From the human T2T-CHM13v2.0 reference genome, Homo sapiens, in the NCBI RefSeq assembly GCF_009914755.1, contig NC_060926.1: a stretch of 64,000 bases of DNA, one strand, 5' to 3'. Positions 41,481-57,353 of the stretch are shown piece by piece. Numbering within the stretch: the first letter of the stretch is position 1; each line of letters begins with the position of its first letter. The notes beneath the pieces are model-generated. The model saw only the letters and a program-made list of their open reading frames with translations. It was not told where the DNA came from and ran no database searches. Made by a program: the position numbers and the translations under genes.

Positions 41481-43699
41481 ACTCAATTATTTTTAAAGTT
41501 ACTAGTACTGTTAGTCTGAGAAATAATAACTAGTAGTAAAGGGATTTCAATATAGCAGCCACATTGTTAACAAGAGTTACTTAGACAAAGGCACAGGAGC
41601 ACCAGGCAGCATCCACGTGTGGTAAGATGGCAGTGCGGCAGTGCTCTTGTCCTGGGTTCATTGCCCTCGCCTCCTAAAATCGCTGTGATCATTAAAGATT
41701 GCTAAAATGAGATGTTTCCTTCCCAACTTATTTTTAACATTGAAGAAACCACTGGGAAGAAATGAATAATCTGCCAAGCTGCTTTTGTTTTGTAAAAATA
41801 GTATGTGCCATGAAATTCCATCTCTCAGGCAATTATTTTGCCTATTCTATGTTCCTATACCCTGGAATAATTTTGATGGATGAAGAACATTGAACCATAC
41901 ACATAATAACAACCCAAGTTAACTAGAGGGGCATCTTTAAGCACTTGCAAGCTAACCTTAGCCTGAGACTAGAAAATGGAACGAGAATGTCACCCTTTAA
42001 GACCTAACATAGTTCAATTAGGAAATCACAAAGTAGGCTGAACAAGAGGTAGCAAACACAGTAGGAGAAGTCCTGGCTCCACTGTATTCTGGCTCCACCA
42101 CGGACGTGGACTGTACCAGCAAACAAATCACTCATCTTCAATTTCATTGGGAACATGTTAAGAGATTTGTTAAATAAATGATTTCAATTGTCACCTCTTC
42201 CTCTAAAATTAAATGATTCCCAAGAATTTTTGGGACTTTCTCTGTCTCTGTGAGACCACAGTCTAGGTTTAAATTAGGCTAAAAGATGCAAATGAAACTA
42301 TTACTCATCAGTTTGGGAATAGCACTGCTTTCTAATTATTCCACAGGTTCCAGGACTACCTCAAATGTATTACGTCTCTAATCAGTCTTTCTCCTTAAAA
42401 ATGCCTATTATTTCTTGGTGGCCTGCAAAGATTTCTGTTTTATATCTGCGCATCTTGGGAAACATTTTATTTTCCTCATAGATTTATTTGGCATTTTTAT
42501 CTTTATATGATTGAGTCAAATCTCAATACAAAGAACACCCCTTTCATGCTTATTTATTACAACATGAGCATGCAGCCTCCAACCCCTGATTCCTAGGTAC
42601 AGAAAAATAAAGTTCAAGCTTTTTCATGCTTTTGCATATCTGCATAATAGTTTTTGTGTCCAAATTATGAAACACCTTAAATATAAATTGCTGTAGCCTC
42701 CCCAGGGTTCATCATAATCACCGTCACCACTAGCAGCATTTATTGCATCTGCTGGGGTCACTGCACTGGGGAAGAAGGCCTCATTTTCTCAGTTCGCCTA
42801 ATATTCCAGGTTCTTTCTGTTTATCTATAATTGTAAGAAGAGTTGCCCTTCTGATACATGTTGACATATCACTGTTCTGCTAAACAGTGTAGTCTGGCTA
42901 CTAGGGGAGGAGTTACACCCACCCTCTTCTGCTGCCAGCTCTGTGACAAAGAGAAAGCTGTAAGTTATTCTCCAGCCTGCTGAAGAGTTTTGTGTAGTCC
43001 CCAGCAGCCTATCACTTTCAGCAGAATTCCCTCTTTAGAAGTAAATGTGTCAAACTGCATATTTTGTTATGGGTATTTTATGCCTAAACCCTTCCTCCCT
43101 TATTGTCATTTTATAGATGCTGGGTTTTGGTCCACAGATTACAATACCAGTGTCCTAACTAATGTCAGAGTTCTAGCCAGTGAAAAATTAGAAATGAGAG
43201 TCATCTCTTCCCATCATGTCTGGGGTTACCACATCTAACCTGGTTCTCTTGCCAAAGAACTTGCTCTCCAGGATGGATGACTCTGGATAAACATGAGTTA
43301 CCTGCTAAGGAATGGCCTTATAATCAGATGATAGTCTGGTTTCAAGCTCATCAAATTATCTTTTAATTTATTTTCCATTTGAAATCAAATAGTTATTCCC
43401 TCTTATTTACATTCTCATCTAGGCCTAAAATACTGTTTATCACAAGACAGTTGTTATTAAAACCACAAAACATTAAGTTTAAAGGTAAACCTATCATGAA
43501 AGAGATATTGTTCCCAAGGAAGCTTAAACCAATTTATTATTAAATTTACAAATAATGGGTTGCCACTTCCAAAGTGAAGATGTAGATCAGGTGGAAATAA
43601 CACGAAAGGAGGGTCCTTTATTAGATACTTCATCTGAAGTTTTGTCCTTAACTTTGTTGAGGCATCGGGTGGGGAGGGTTACATTAATAGAAAGCAATA

Positions 43700-43952
43700 G
43701 ATAAAGAAGTTGGGCACTGGAATGAGAAATGAGACTGCCTTAAGTTCGAGGCCTTCTTATTTGATTTGGGGAAAGTTACTTAACCTCCTTGGGCCTCAAT
43801 CTTGTCATCTATAAAAAGGGAGTAATAATGATTTGTTGTGGTGTTCAAATAATACACTTAATGCTTGTCACATTGTAAGTGCTCAATAAATATTAGCCAT
43901 CATCACCTTCATCAGCAGCAGCAGCACCTTCATCATCATCATCATCACCATT
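43700..43952 (+). mobile_element. MIR with (CAT/CAG)n tail
   Basis: AAGTTACTTAACCTCCTTGGGCCTCA...GTAAGTGCTCAATAAATATTAGC then CATCATC/CAGCAG repeats. Confidence 0.75.
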
Positions 43953-44031
43953 ATGTCTTACAGCATATGGTTACATTTATCATCATAGGTACCATATGCT
44001 AGATAGAAGGGTAGATTAAAAACAAGTTGTT

Positions 44032-44258
44032 ACATGAGCACAGGGAGGGGAACAACACACACTGGAGCCTGTCGGGGGTTGGGGGATGGGTAGGGGGAGC
44101 ATCAGGATAAATAGCTAATGCCTGCTGGCCTTAATACCTAGGTGATGGGTTGATAGGTGCAGCAAACCACCATGGCACACATTTAGCTATGTAACAAACC
44201 TGCATGTCCTGCACATGTATCCCAGAACTTAAAACAAAATCTAACAAACAAACAAACA
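44032..44258 (+). mobile_element. 5'-truncated L1PA (about L1PA10-13) 3' end
   Basis: CAGGGAGGGGAACAACACACACTGG...TGTAACAAACCTGCATGTCCTGCACATGTATCCCAGAACTT with (AAAC)n tail; TSD AAAAC(AT)AAGTTGTT. Confidence 0.85.
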
Positions 44259-45004
44259 AAACATAAGTTGTTGCTTTAGTCAGCTTATTCCTCCAGATTG
44301 AGGGGGAAAAAACACTGAGGGCTAAAATATAGGGTATAAAGAGTACGTTAAGTGATTTAATAAATTCCTGGCCTACCTCACCTGAAAGCATTAACAGAGT
44401 TTTGCACTTAACGGAAATAAATTGGGCGACAACTAGTTTTGAACATTTTCTTCTTAAATGCTGGAATATACTGTGGTTAGATATTTTGCTTTTAACTGTT
44501 AGTATCTATTCTGAACCTTTACAACCTACACAGTAGGAAAGGGATTTTAAAAGGACAAACAGTAACTCATATAAAGATTTCATGGATAAGAACTAAGCAA
44601 TTGAATGCATAATTTATAGTTTGGAGTACCATATTACTTTGTGGCACATTTAAAATTGTTACTCTGATTGATTATTTTGAAAATTCCAGGCACCATTAGA
44701 TTTCATCCCTCTGCACAGTATTTCTCTAAATACCATCTCTGAATCCACAAATATTTATCTTTTTTTGGTTAGCATCCAGCTGGTAACCAGTAAAATGATC
44801 CTACATTATTCTAGGACAGGAGCCAGGAACTTGGTCTTATTGCATAAAGCTACTCTATTCCTCTTTGTGTGAAATATATTCCACTACTGGTCCCTAGATA
44901 CTTATTTAAGAGAGCACTTAAAATCGCTCCCTTTGGAGTTGCCTGAGTGTCATTGAGAAATAAATCAAAAGACAAAATCAACTCAAGTATGTCTGATACA
45001 ACTC

Positions 45005-45200
45005 AACAAGGCAGTGTATCTCAGTGGGGTCCCAAGATCTTCTTTATTAGAATCACTCAGTATGCTTATTTAAAATCCAGATTTCTGGGCAAGTCAACAC
45101 ATAAAGAATCAGAATTTTCTATGTCAGAGCCTTAGAATCTGCATTTTATTAGTGTTCATGGGTAATTCCTAAGTACCCACTGAAGTTTAAGAACTATTGC
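45005..45200. mobile_element. MER5-like hAT element
   Basis: CAGTGTATCTCAG...TTAGAATCAC...GAATCAGAATT...GAATCTGCATTTT...TGAAGTTTAAGAACTATTG. Confidence 0.6.
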
Positions 45201-45970
45201 CCTGGGCCCTTAATATATCGTATTCTATTAAGAACTTCATTATAATTAAGCAAATAGAAAAATAATTCATATATGCTGATTCATATGCCATAATAAATAA
45301 TTTAACTAGGTTTTATTGTGTCTTTCCAATTTACAAATAATCCACAATCCTTTCTCTATGTTAAAATGTTAAATTCTCTAACAATACATCAGTACTAATA
45401 ACTATGACAACTAACATTACTAGATCCATTTTCTAATGTAAATAAAATAAAAATCAAATGTCCAGGGTTCTTATTGATTATGTGTAATAAAGATATAAAT
45501 ATTCTTGTATATTTCTGAGTAGCTATGATTTCTTACAAATTTCAGAAACCTGCCAGCTTTGAGATCCTGCATTTGAGAGCCAGCATTGGCTGGATACACC
45601 ATGCAAGTGATAGAGCATTTGGACCAGGAAGAGAATTTGGAAGTAAAGGGAATTGATGTAGCACAGTGTTCAGTTTTAAGAGCTTCATCTAGGTGAAGAC
45701 TCATAAGTAATATACATATGGTATAGCCAAGGTCTTTTATGAAGGAAAAGTAATCACAGACAAAAATTGTCAAAGAAGAAAATGAAAAAAAGAAGCAATT
45801 AAGAAGTTTTAGAACAGGGCTGGCATTTTTCTCTTGTTTTTATTGTTTGGATTTCACTTTATTTGTATTAAACAATTTTAAGAGGCAAATAGCACTATAA
45901 GATTTTAGCAAAAAAAGAGAAGTCCCTGTTCTATCTTTTCTCATTCCTAAATTTTGCTTCCTATAGTTAA

Positions 45971-46296
<326 letters not shown>

Positions 46297-47489
46297 AACA
46301 CTTTCAACTCTTTTAACTATTTCTATTGGAATTGACCTTCACATTTTCTGGGGTAAAAAAAAAAAAAAAAGATGTTTATAGTGCTATTTCAGGACTTTTC
46401 CATTTTAAACATTGTACATTGACAACCTAACTGTGGATGATGAGAATAGAATTATTTTCCCATTCTCCTTTCAACCTGATTCTCCTAATATATTACTACT
46501 TTGGGCAAAACAAATATTTAGTGTTTCCATTATTATGAACTCATAGATATTATTCAGAGAGGAGCCACATAGTATATTATGATTATGTTTTCATTCCTCT
46601 ACAACTTCGTGTTTTTCCTGGAGCTAACAGTTGCCTTTCCTTAATCATTCAGTTTTCTATGTAAGTATCATTAATTTGAATTCATTTCCAAATCCTACCA
46701 CAGAACTCTAGAACTCCTATCAACATGGCCAGGTGCACAGAGTGATCTATTAGTTCTGTGTTTTTCTGGGTATCCTGGACCCCTGTGTTCTTCTGCTTCA
46801 CTCTGTCCTGGCCACTCTTAAGCCCTAAAGCAAGCCTGCAGCCAAGGATTTTCCTTTGGTGTGATGGAGGGATTCCTTTCATTCCTCTCCCATAATGGGA
46901 CACCTGGATGTTACACACCCAGGAACAACACCCAGTCCCACCGTAGGACTGCTCTAATAGTAATCCCACAGCCCCCGCCACTTGCTGTTTGGTACGTAAC
47001 AACTCTAGGGACCAGATAGTACATGCATTGTCAATGGCGGTGAAAATTGGTTTTAGGAGATTGGGAGTAATAGATATTTATATAGTACATAAATAGGTAA
47101 ACAATATATCTATGATCTTCAAATTTCGTGGGTAGGGTGGTTAAAGGAAAATGTTTCTAAAAAAGCTCCACAGAGGAGCAATAATGAAAGAAAAAAGGAT
47201 GAGAAACACAGATAGCAGAGCCTTTGCCGCAGGTGCCCCAGAATATGTACTACCTCTGTGTGGTTACCATTTCTTGTCTCCAATGCCCAAATCTCTCCTG
47301 GGTGAGTTTGCCTGATGGACCTCAGTGACATGCAGAGCTGCTGCTGCAAGGGAGCCTGGGAAATACAGTTTTTTCTTTCTAGTGTCTAAAACAGAGGAAA
47401 GCTGTTAGGAAGGGGATGAGGGAGTGGGTGTTGAGTGCACCAGTCTGTGATATCTGCCCAAGATGGGTCTAGAATTTCAGATTGAAACC

Positions 47490-47950
47490 CTCATCACTTA
47501 GAATTTTGAAGGCATTGCTCCATTTTCTTATAAGTTCCAATGATGCTATTAAGAAATGTCATTTTAATTTCTGATTCTTTAGATGTGACCTGGTTTTTAA
47601 TTTTTCTTCCCTCTCTAGAGATATTCTTTTTTATCGCTGATGTTCTGAAATTGTAGTGATCTGTCTTAGGTGGGCCTTGGCTATTCATTGGGCTGGGTAT
47701 TTTGTGGACTCTTTGGATGTAGAAACACAAGACCTTCAGTTCAGGAAGTTTTTCATGTTTCTTTGATAATTGTCTTCTCTTCATTTTTCTGTTCTCTCTT
47801 TGTGGAATTCTTATTTGTAGGATAGTGGGCTTTCTGGGTTAATCCTCTAACTTAACTTTTGTCTTTATTTTCCAGCTTTATCTTTTCTTCTATATAACTT
47901 TCTCAACTTTATCTTCCAACCTTCTCCTGATTTACTAATATTTTCTTTAG
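47490..47950 (-). mobile_element. Old L1/HAL1 ORF1-region fragment
   Basis: Minus-strand translation PELKVLCFYIQRVHKIP...QVTSKESEIKMT resembles degenerate ORF1p. Confidence 0.6.
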
Positions 47951-48386
47951 ATATTTTTCATTAAATTGTTCACAAAAATATATACATTCCCCTCATTGAA
48001 AATTCCTGCAATGAATATAAGTAACAAAATGAAATAAGAATGAAATAATGTTTCATACCCTTAAAAAGTTTAAGTTATGAGAAAGGGGGTTTGTTCAATA
48101 AAAGAAACAATAAATAAATGTGAACAAGCACCCAGAACACATCCAAATGTCTATGCAAAGACTGTTCCCAACAGCTATCCCACTGCACGTTATGGTTTAT
48201 GTAACTCCTCAACCAACCACTTATGAAATGTAAGTTAAGAAATATGAGATCTACCTCATGTTTCTGATTTTCACAATATCAGTGCCAAACTCATACCATC
48301 TTCACTAACTCTAAATGTTGAATGTTTCCAAAGTGAAAAGCAAACAATTCTTATAACCTGCTGAGCAGATTTTGCTGAAATAGTGA

Positions 48387-48789
<403 letters not shown>

Positions 48790-50734
48790 TCAGCAAGAGT
48801 AATGCCTACACATATTAAAGTATCCATTTAAACCATGTTCTAATTAAATAGAATGTCCACTAAGTCAATTTTATATATCATTACACGTAACATGATATCA
48901 AAGAATATGACTTTATCTATTAGGCATTTCCAAATACCTATTCCCAAATTAATATTTATGCACTTGTTAAGACTTACAGTTTACTTAGAAATAAAACAGA
49001 AACAAACACACATGCATTTTTATAATTTAAAATATTTCATGTTACACATGAGCAATGTTCAGATTTAAGTTTTAAGCCAAGTTTACTTTTTCCTAAGTTG
49101 TATTTATGCCAAGGCTTTCTTACAAAAATATATCTTATGTGTATAAATTGGACAAACTTACAGTAGTATTTCTAATGTTCAATTTGAGATGGGAAAACAT
49201 AAACCTATTCTGAATAAAGATATTTGTCAAGGTTTGGGGTGTAAACATTTTGTCAGGCAAACAATTTAGTAAAAAAAAAATTGACCTTCATTTAAAAATA
49301 TACGCAATCTCATAATAAGCCCCTGGACTTCCAAGTTGAAATACAGCTTGCATTTCTAGCGAAGACATATGCTTTATTTAAAGGGACAGGGTGAGTTATA
49401 AATTCACCAACATGTTGAAAATGCATTAGTTTTAAAAAAGCCAATACTGCTTCTGAAATGTAGGCAGTGGGTTATAATGTGTTCACAAATTTCAGAAAAT
49501 ATTGCTTCTCCCCTTTGATGATATTCCTGTAGTAAGTAAAATACAAGACTTTGACTCTGGTCAGTGGTCTCATTTGATGGCCGGGGTAATATATTTGATT
49601 TTATATATACAAACAAGCATTTCCTCCCCAGATGTCCTATTCACAGTGTCAAAAATTATAGTTCTATTTAGAAGTAATAGTGATAGAGCCAGATGAACCA
49701 TCACTCCTTGTTGCTAACAAAGCAGAAATTCTGAACAATGTTTTCACCCATGGCTATTTTGATATCTGTAAGAGCTTCGGCACAAGCTAAAATTCTCATC
49801 AACCTTTAAAAAATGGCAATGAAAACAACAACAAGATCAATCATGGAAACTTCTCCACTATTCCTGATACACGTTCAATCAACTAATACAAAGCAAAGCT
49901 CAGTGATGCAGTAGAGAGAGACCAGGCCTCCAGAGTGATGCAGAATTATGCAGAAGAAGAATATTCCTTCTGCGGTCATGACTATTCCAATTTACTATGA
50001 ATGTCCCCATCTGGAGAACAAAACAAACCTGATTCAACCAGAATGGATAAGCAGAGTTAGCTTTCATGGTCCTATAATATTAGGTGACACAGCTTTGGTC
50101 TTTAAAATTTGCACAGGTGACAAAATAAAATAAACTCAACAATATAACCAGATGGCTCATTCAGTTGCTGGAGAATAGTTTTAAATGCATGTAAAATTTA
50201 TTAAAGTAAAATTTCTCTAAGTATTGATTATTATTCACTGATTCATTTATTCACAAAATATTTATTGAGTTCCTAAAATATCAGATACTGTGTTAATCAC
50301 TGGGAATATCAGAGTGAACAAAAATGTCAGGTCTCCAAAGAGTGGAGTATCTTTATGTTTACTGAGGAGATTATAGAAACATATCGAACAGCGTTTCTGT
50401 GAACTACAAACCTCATTTATCACGTTTAACCACCACGCACATGCCACTTCCACTTCATTCTAATACACACTCTGAAAGGTCTGACAATTGGGAAGCATGG
50501 TGCTCCAACACAATTTTTATTATCTAAAATGTTTCTAAAGATCATAAATAGAACATAAGGTACATTTTATTCCTACATCAGTGGGTTGAATCTTTTCAAA
50601 AACAGCTGAAATCTTTTAAAAATTTGATGTGATAGTACATTAAATAGGTGTAAAATAGTGGTCAAATTAAAAGAGAACTTACTTTAATCAATGAAAGAGA
50701 AGGACTCCTTTTATGTCCACTATTTTGTTTATTT

Positions 50735-50743
50735 TTTTCTTTT

Positions 50744-50778
<35 letters not shown>

Positions 50779-51050
50779 CCTTCCTCTGTTGCCCAGGCTG
50801 AAATGCAGTAGCACAATCATAGCTCACTGTAACTTCAAACTCCTGGGCTCAAGTGATCCTCCAGCCACAGACTCCTGAGTAGCCGGGACTACAGGTAGGC
50901 ACCACAGTGCCTGGCTAAGCTTTTAATTTTCTTTTTTGTAGAGACGGGGTCTCTTCCTGTTGCCCAGGCTGGTCTGAACTTCTGGCCTCAAGTTACCCTC
51001 CTGTCTGGGCCTCCCAAAGCACTGGGATTACAGGTGTGAACCACGACACC
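50735..51050 (-). mobile_element. AluJ
   Basis: Long poly(T), then J-type CATAGCTCACTG...CTCCTGGGCTCAAGTGATCCTCC. Confidence 0.9.
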
Positions 51051-51596
51051 AATCCCCCATTATTTTCATATTTCAGTAACAAAATGTGTATTTGAACCAG
51101 ACTTCTTCTTATAGCTTCAATGTGAAAACACAATTTTGATTACTCTCTCACTATATTTCTGCAATTTTTAGCCCTGAAGGGGAGGGAGAAAAAAGATTGA
51201 AACTCTATGGGCCTTTGTTCAAAATCATTAGTGGCAAAAATAAGGTAAGACATAAGAAATGAAGAATTATTAAATGAACTTTAAACTTCCAGGAACCCAG
51301 GGCACACTTAATTACCTTCACCAAGTATCTTGCAAATGTATTTCATGAGCCACAAGGGAAACGGGTGGAGTGTGGACAGACTGATATAAAACCAGCTTAA
51401 CCGCTGAAAAAGACAACCCAAGCGTCTGGGGTCCCGGGTCTCAGCTTGTCTGTGCCTCTATCCAAAGTCATTATCACGACATCTATGGTACAGAAAAATT
51501 TCGTCAAATGAAATAAGGAAAGGATCTATGAATGGTTCAACAAATATGTGCAAAATGTCACTTCTAAGACTCTTGGACACCCCCCCAAAATTATTG

Positions 51597-52773
51597 TTTT
51601 TTTTTTTTTAACTTAGGAGCGTTTGGAATGTCAACAAAACAGCTGCAACTTTTTTTTTTTTTTGCAATTATAGAGTGGTATTCAGAACAACAATGCTAAC
51701 AGAACAACAATTATTTCCTATAAGCTGCATCAGAGACAACTGAAGATGAAAAAGCTACCATCCCTGTATATAACTAATTTGTTCTGTACACCAACAAGGA
51801 CCTGCTTTACATTTGCCTGTCAATTTACAATCCCCATACTGTACCAGGCAAGGCTAGTGGCTATTGAAAATACCACCAAGACAGGGTTATTTAAAGACAT
51901 ATTTGGTAATGTAACTGTACAAAAAAAGACACTGTACAGTTTAAAAACAAATCTTACACAGCCTTATATTTCAGAGTTTTTTTCTTTAAAAGGAGTGAAT
52001 TATGTACGGGGTGGTTAAATGCTTTATAGACAAGGAAAAACTGCACTAAAACCAACTTAGTCATCATCATCTTCTTCATCTTCCTCCTCCTCATCATCCT
52101 TTTCATCTTCCTCCTCTTCCTTCTTTGCTTTTTTCAGTCGTGATGACTCTTTTTTTTCCTGCTGCATCCAGTTTTCCTTTAGCTGAGTATGCAGCAATAA
52201 GCAATATCGTTTTTGTATTTTTCCTTCAGCTTTGCAGTCTTCTTTTTACAAGATTGCCTTTCACCAGCAGCACTGTTATTCTACACCTCTCTGTTTCTTT
52301 ACAACATCACCAATGGACACACCAGGATGTTCTCCTTTAATGTTGGAGTCCAGAACAAGAAAAAGGCCGAAGGAGGCCTCTTGAATGCATTGGGATCCCG
52401 GAGCTTCTTTTTTATTTCTCCTTTGGGAGGGATGTAGGTTTCATTTCGCTTTCATTTCACAGGCCTGGTCTGCCTGTGCCATGTCCTCAGATTTTGCTTT
52501 CTCTTTAGCTGACGTGACCTTCCACTTCCCTGAGCACTTCTTAGAAGGCTCTGAGAAGCTGACGGAACCATCTGGGTGCTGCTTCTTGTGCTCCTCCTGG
52601 CCAGTTTGCACAAAGGATGCCTGTGATGACATTCTGCCTCTCGGCTTTTTAGGATCGCCTTTGCCCATAGTTAGTTATGTTTCCTTGGCAAGGCACAGCC
52701 TCGCCCCATGCCCATCCGGCTCTCGTGGGCTCCTGGCGCAGTCTCTATGAAACTCAATGTAGTGCCATGCTGT
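51597..52773 (-). pseudogene. HMGB1P25: Processed HMGB1 pseudogene (probably the locus annotated HMGB1P25)
   Basis: Intronless copy with HMGB1-like 5'UTR (52669-52773). CDS remnant 52057-52668 starts [15 protein letters not shown], with a premature stop at 52441, frameshifts and acidic-tail codons. About 450 nt of HMGB1 3'UTR ends in an A-run. The pseudogene number is from memory of the locus. Confidence 0.9.
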
Positions 52774-52847
52774 TGAATCTTTTTTAATAGCTGAAACCTG
52801 TTATCATATCAATTGACATATATACACACATTAAAAATCTCAAAATT

Positions 52848-53140
<293 letters not shown>

Positions 53141-53659
53141 TCTCAAAATGGTTTCCTAACCCAAAATTGTTTACATTTTCATCTAGAACATTAAACTGCT
53201 GAAACATAACCACACAAATACTGAACCACTGATTTTAGAACAGGAAAAGCCACCTACTGCCCTCCAATTTAACAAACAGGAAAACTGAGGCACAGAGACT
53301 TATGTTAGTTTGCCAAGTTCACAGAGCAATTGAGTGGCAGAGCAAAGACTTTAAGCCAAATCTTGGTACCCAGAGCTTTCCAAACCCCATGCAGAGCACC
53401 TGCCCTGTGCCAGCATTCTACAAGGGACACGAGAGAGTTACAAAGAGCATGCGGAGGACTTCCTATGAAACCAAGAAGGCAAAATCCAGACTTCTACACC
53501 CCAAACAACCTGCGACAACCAACAACACAAGGCTGTACGTGATAATTAAACAAAAACAAAAACAAACAAAACAGTAAAGCGCTGTGGGATTTAGAAAGGG
53601 GAGATGATTTAGGTTTGAGAATTAAACAGTTTCATGGGCTATATCTTAGAATGGTAGAA

Positions 53660-54990
53660 CTTCTTAACTTTTGTTTGAAAATAATTTCAGCCTTAAAATA
53701 ATTACGAAAATAAAAATAGTACAAGGAACATTTGTATACCCTTTATCCAGATTTGGATTCACCGGTTGTTAACATTTTACCTCATTTGCTTTATCATAGA
53801 TGCTTGCTCTTTATTTATTTATTTCTTTTACACACACTTTAAAAAAATTATTTAAGGGTAAGTTACATACATTATGGCCCATTACCACTAAATACTTCAA
53901 TGTATATTTTTTAAGGTTAGGATTTTTTCTTAAATAACCACAGTACAGTTATCAACTTCATAAATTATATTGATACATAACGCATTTCTCTAATCTATCA
54001 ATCTATAATCCATTTTCCGATTTTTTCCCTTCATCTAGTAGCATTTTTTAAGGCGCTTTTCCCAGTACAGGATCCAGGTCAAATATTGCATTTGTTATTG
54101 AGGCTCTTTAGCCTCCTTGAAACCACAGGCTTTCTTTGACCTTCATGACACTGACGCTTTTGGAGACTATGGTTTTAGTTCCCACTATTTTTACCATGAT
54201 AACAGTACTTATTTGTGCTTATCTGCTGTTCCTTTGTGGTTACACTGGGTTTATGTGTTCTTGGCCAGAAGACGGCACAGGCAAGGTTGTGTTCTTTTCA
54301 GGGTATCGCATCTGGTAGCACATGATATCCACCTGTCCTTCATAGGCGATGCTTATTTTGATCATCTAGTTAAGGTGTTGTCTGATCTTTCCAGTCTATA
54401 ATTATGATTTATTTTTCTCCCTTGTAACCAATAATGAGTTTTATTAGAGACTGGCACATTAAGAACTTACAAATATCTTGCTTCTCATCAATATTTCCCT
54501 TACACTTAGCAGCTGTTAATTGCTGGAGCCAACATTGAACGTGATGGTTACAAAATTAGGATTTTCCAACTCCAACGCTCCCACCATAGTTTCCATTTGG
54601 CTTTGACATTTTGGTATAAGCAAGAGACCTACCTCATTCTCCCTCCTTCTCCTCTATATCTATCTATCTATCTGTTTATCTATCTATCTACCTATTTATC
54701 TATCTACCTGTCTATCATCTATCAACATATCCTTCTCTCTTTTTTCCTTCTTCCTCCTTTTCTTTCATATATATTTATTATTGGTCTAAACTCATGAATT
54801 CCTGTATTATTTATAATTCATTACTGTACTTTTTAATTTTGGTGGCAAATGGTAACAGATTTGGCCAGTGAGATCCCCTTGAATGTCCCTATAATTTGTG
54901 TGTGTGTGGGCATGCTTTCTTACTTCCTAGCGCATGGACCACTTCTGGAACAATAAGTTCCAGACTCATCTTGAAGATACTGTGCCTTAG
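53660..54990 (-). mobile_element. L1MC4/5-like 3' region with internal (CTAT)n
   Basis: TTTGAAATAATTTCAG...GTATACCCTTTATCCAGAT...GTTAACATTTTACC...CTAAATACTTCAATGT; (TATC)n at about 54656-54722. Confidence 0.7.
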
Positions 54991-55164
54991 TTCTGGGGGA
55001 GGAAATAATCTGGAAAAACACAATCTCCTATACTTGGATCTTTGTATAGTTTCTAAAGACGGGTAGAATTTTGATAGGTAGGGAGAATAGAAACTAGCAT
55101 TGTAGCATATGCAGAAAAGGAATATAGATGCTAAGCACAGGGAAAGGGTTTCCCTTTTCCTTCT

Positions 55165-55620
55165 AGATTAATCAGGGTTCTTCAGAGTAACAGAACCAAT
55201 GGAATACACAGAGATATACAAAAGGAGATTTATTATGGGAATTGGTTCAAATGACTGTGAAGGCCAAGAAGTCCCATGGTCTGCCCTCAAGCTTGAGACC
55301 CAGGGAAGCCAGTGTGTCTGAGTCCAAAGGCCTCAGAACCAGGAGCACCAATGTCTGAGGGCAGGAGAAAATGGATGTCCTGGCTCAGGAAGGAGAGAGA
55401 TTTCACCCTTCCTCTGCCTTTTTCTTCTATTTGGACCCTTAATGGAGTGGATGATGTCAGCCCAATTGGTGAGAGAGGAGGCTTTTTACTGGGTCTATTG
55501 ACTCAAATACTGATCACTTCTGGAAATACCCTCACAGACTAACCCAGAAGCAATGTTTTGCCTGCCATCTGAGCATCCTTTAACCCAGTCACATTGACAC
55601 CTATGATTTAACCACCACAC
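55165..55620 (-). mobile_element. MLT2B-like ERVL LTR
   Basis: ATTAATCAGGGTTCTTCAGAGTAACAGAACCAATGG...CCCAGTCACATTGACACCTATGATTAACCACCACA. Confidence 0.8.
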
Positions 55621-55627
55621 CTCCTTT

Positions 55628-56104
55628 ATATCAGTTTTCTACAGCTGTGTAACAAACTATCCCCAAACATATTGACTTAACCATTCTGTGGATCTTCAGT
55701 TGGGGCAACTCTCAGTGGAATGTTTTCTCTCTGATTCACATGGTGGCAGCTGGGCTGAATTAAGGCTAGAGGTTGCCAGATGGCCTGACTCATATATCTG
55801 GGACCATGGCACTGCCTGTTGGCTGGGGCACCTCAGTGTTCCTCCATGCGGCCTCTCTGTCCAACAGGATAGCCTGGCTTCCTCACATTGTGGTTCAGGG
55901 ATCCAAGAGAAAGAAAGTAGAAGGCTGCCAGACTTTTTACCCCCTTGGCTTAGAACTAGTACAGTGTCACTTCATTGATCAAAATGTCACAGGTTAGTCC
56001 AATCTCAAGGGAGGAGAAATGCACTGCACCTCTTGGTAGAAGGAGAAGCATGCATGCATAGGGATGGGCAGGATTCTTGTTGGCCATCTTTGCAGTCAAC
56101 CACA
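55628..56104 (-). mobile_element. MLT1-type MaLR LTR
   Basis: ATCAGTTTTCTACAGCTGTGTAACAAACTATCCCCAAA...GGCCATCTTTGCAGTCAACCACA. Confidence 0.65.
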
Positions 56105-56874
56105 CCCTCCTTTTACCCTTTCCATTTCTGCAAGTAAATTAGTAGTTTTTAAGTTCCAACATACGAAGGAAAAAATGGGGATTTTCAGATAGCTGAATGA
56201 GAAAGACTTATGTGAATTTTATTTGACCTCTAACAGAACAGTGCCCTCAGTGATCAATAAATTCTTGTTCACTACATTGAATGAAAGTTGTCAACATGAA
56301 AGATGAAGATAAATATTCAAAAGTTATTGGAATAATTTATACAGGTATCTTAAAAAACAAAAATTTAAAATTCCAAACTAAATAAAATTGAGGATCTGGA
56401 CAAGTTCCAAGGTAGATACATAGTAATGATTTTTTAAGAAGAAATTATCCATAAGGAAAGCTTGAAAAATCAGAGATTGGGGGCAGAAAGGTAGGTAGCT
56501 AGGGAAAGGAATTTGATTATTCTTTTTTTGATTCTTTATAACATTGTTTCCCATTTTTGGTAAGGGCAGAATAACAACAGCAACAAAACAACCAGTACTG
56601 TATTTCAACATAAATAGAATATTGATTAAAGTGGCAAATGAGGAAAATGATCTTCCTGAAAATCCATTTTTTATTTAGTGTGCAAAAAATACTGTGCTAT
56701 GGACCACTAGTGGGAAAATGAAATAAGACATAGCCCTTCCCTTCAGGAGCTCAAAGTTAGATGCTAACAGATCATTATCATATGAAGTGCATAATAGAGG
56801 CATGGCAGCACTTTAAGAATGCCAGAGATACAAACTGTCTGGCCATATTTGAATGCTGTTCAGCAAAGATGTCA

Positions 56875-57339
<465 letters not shown>

Positions 57340-57353
57340 AAATCTTGGGCTGA

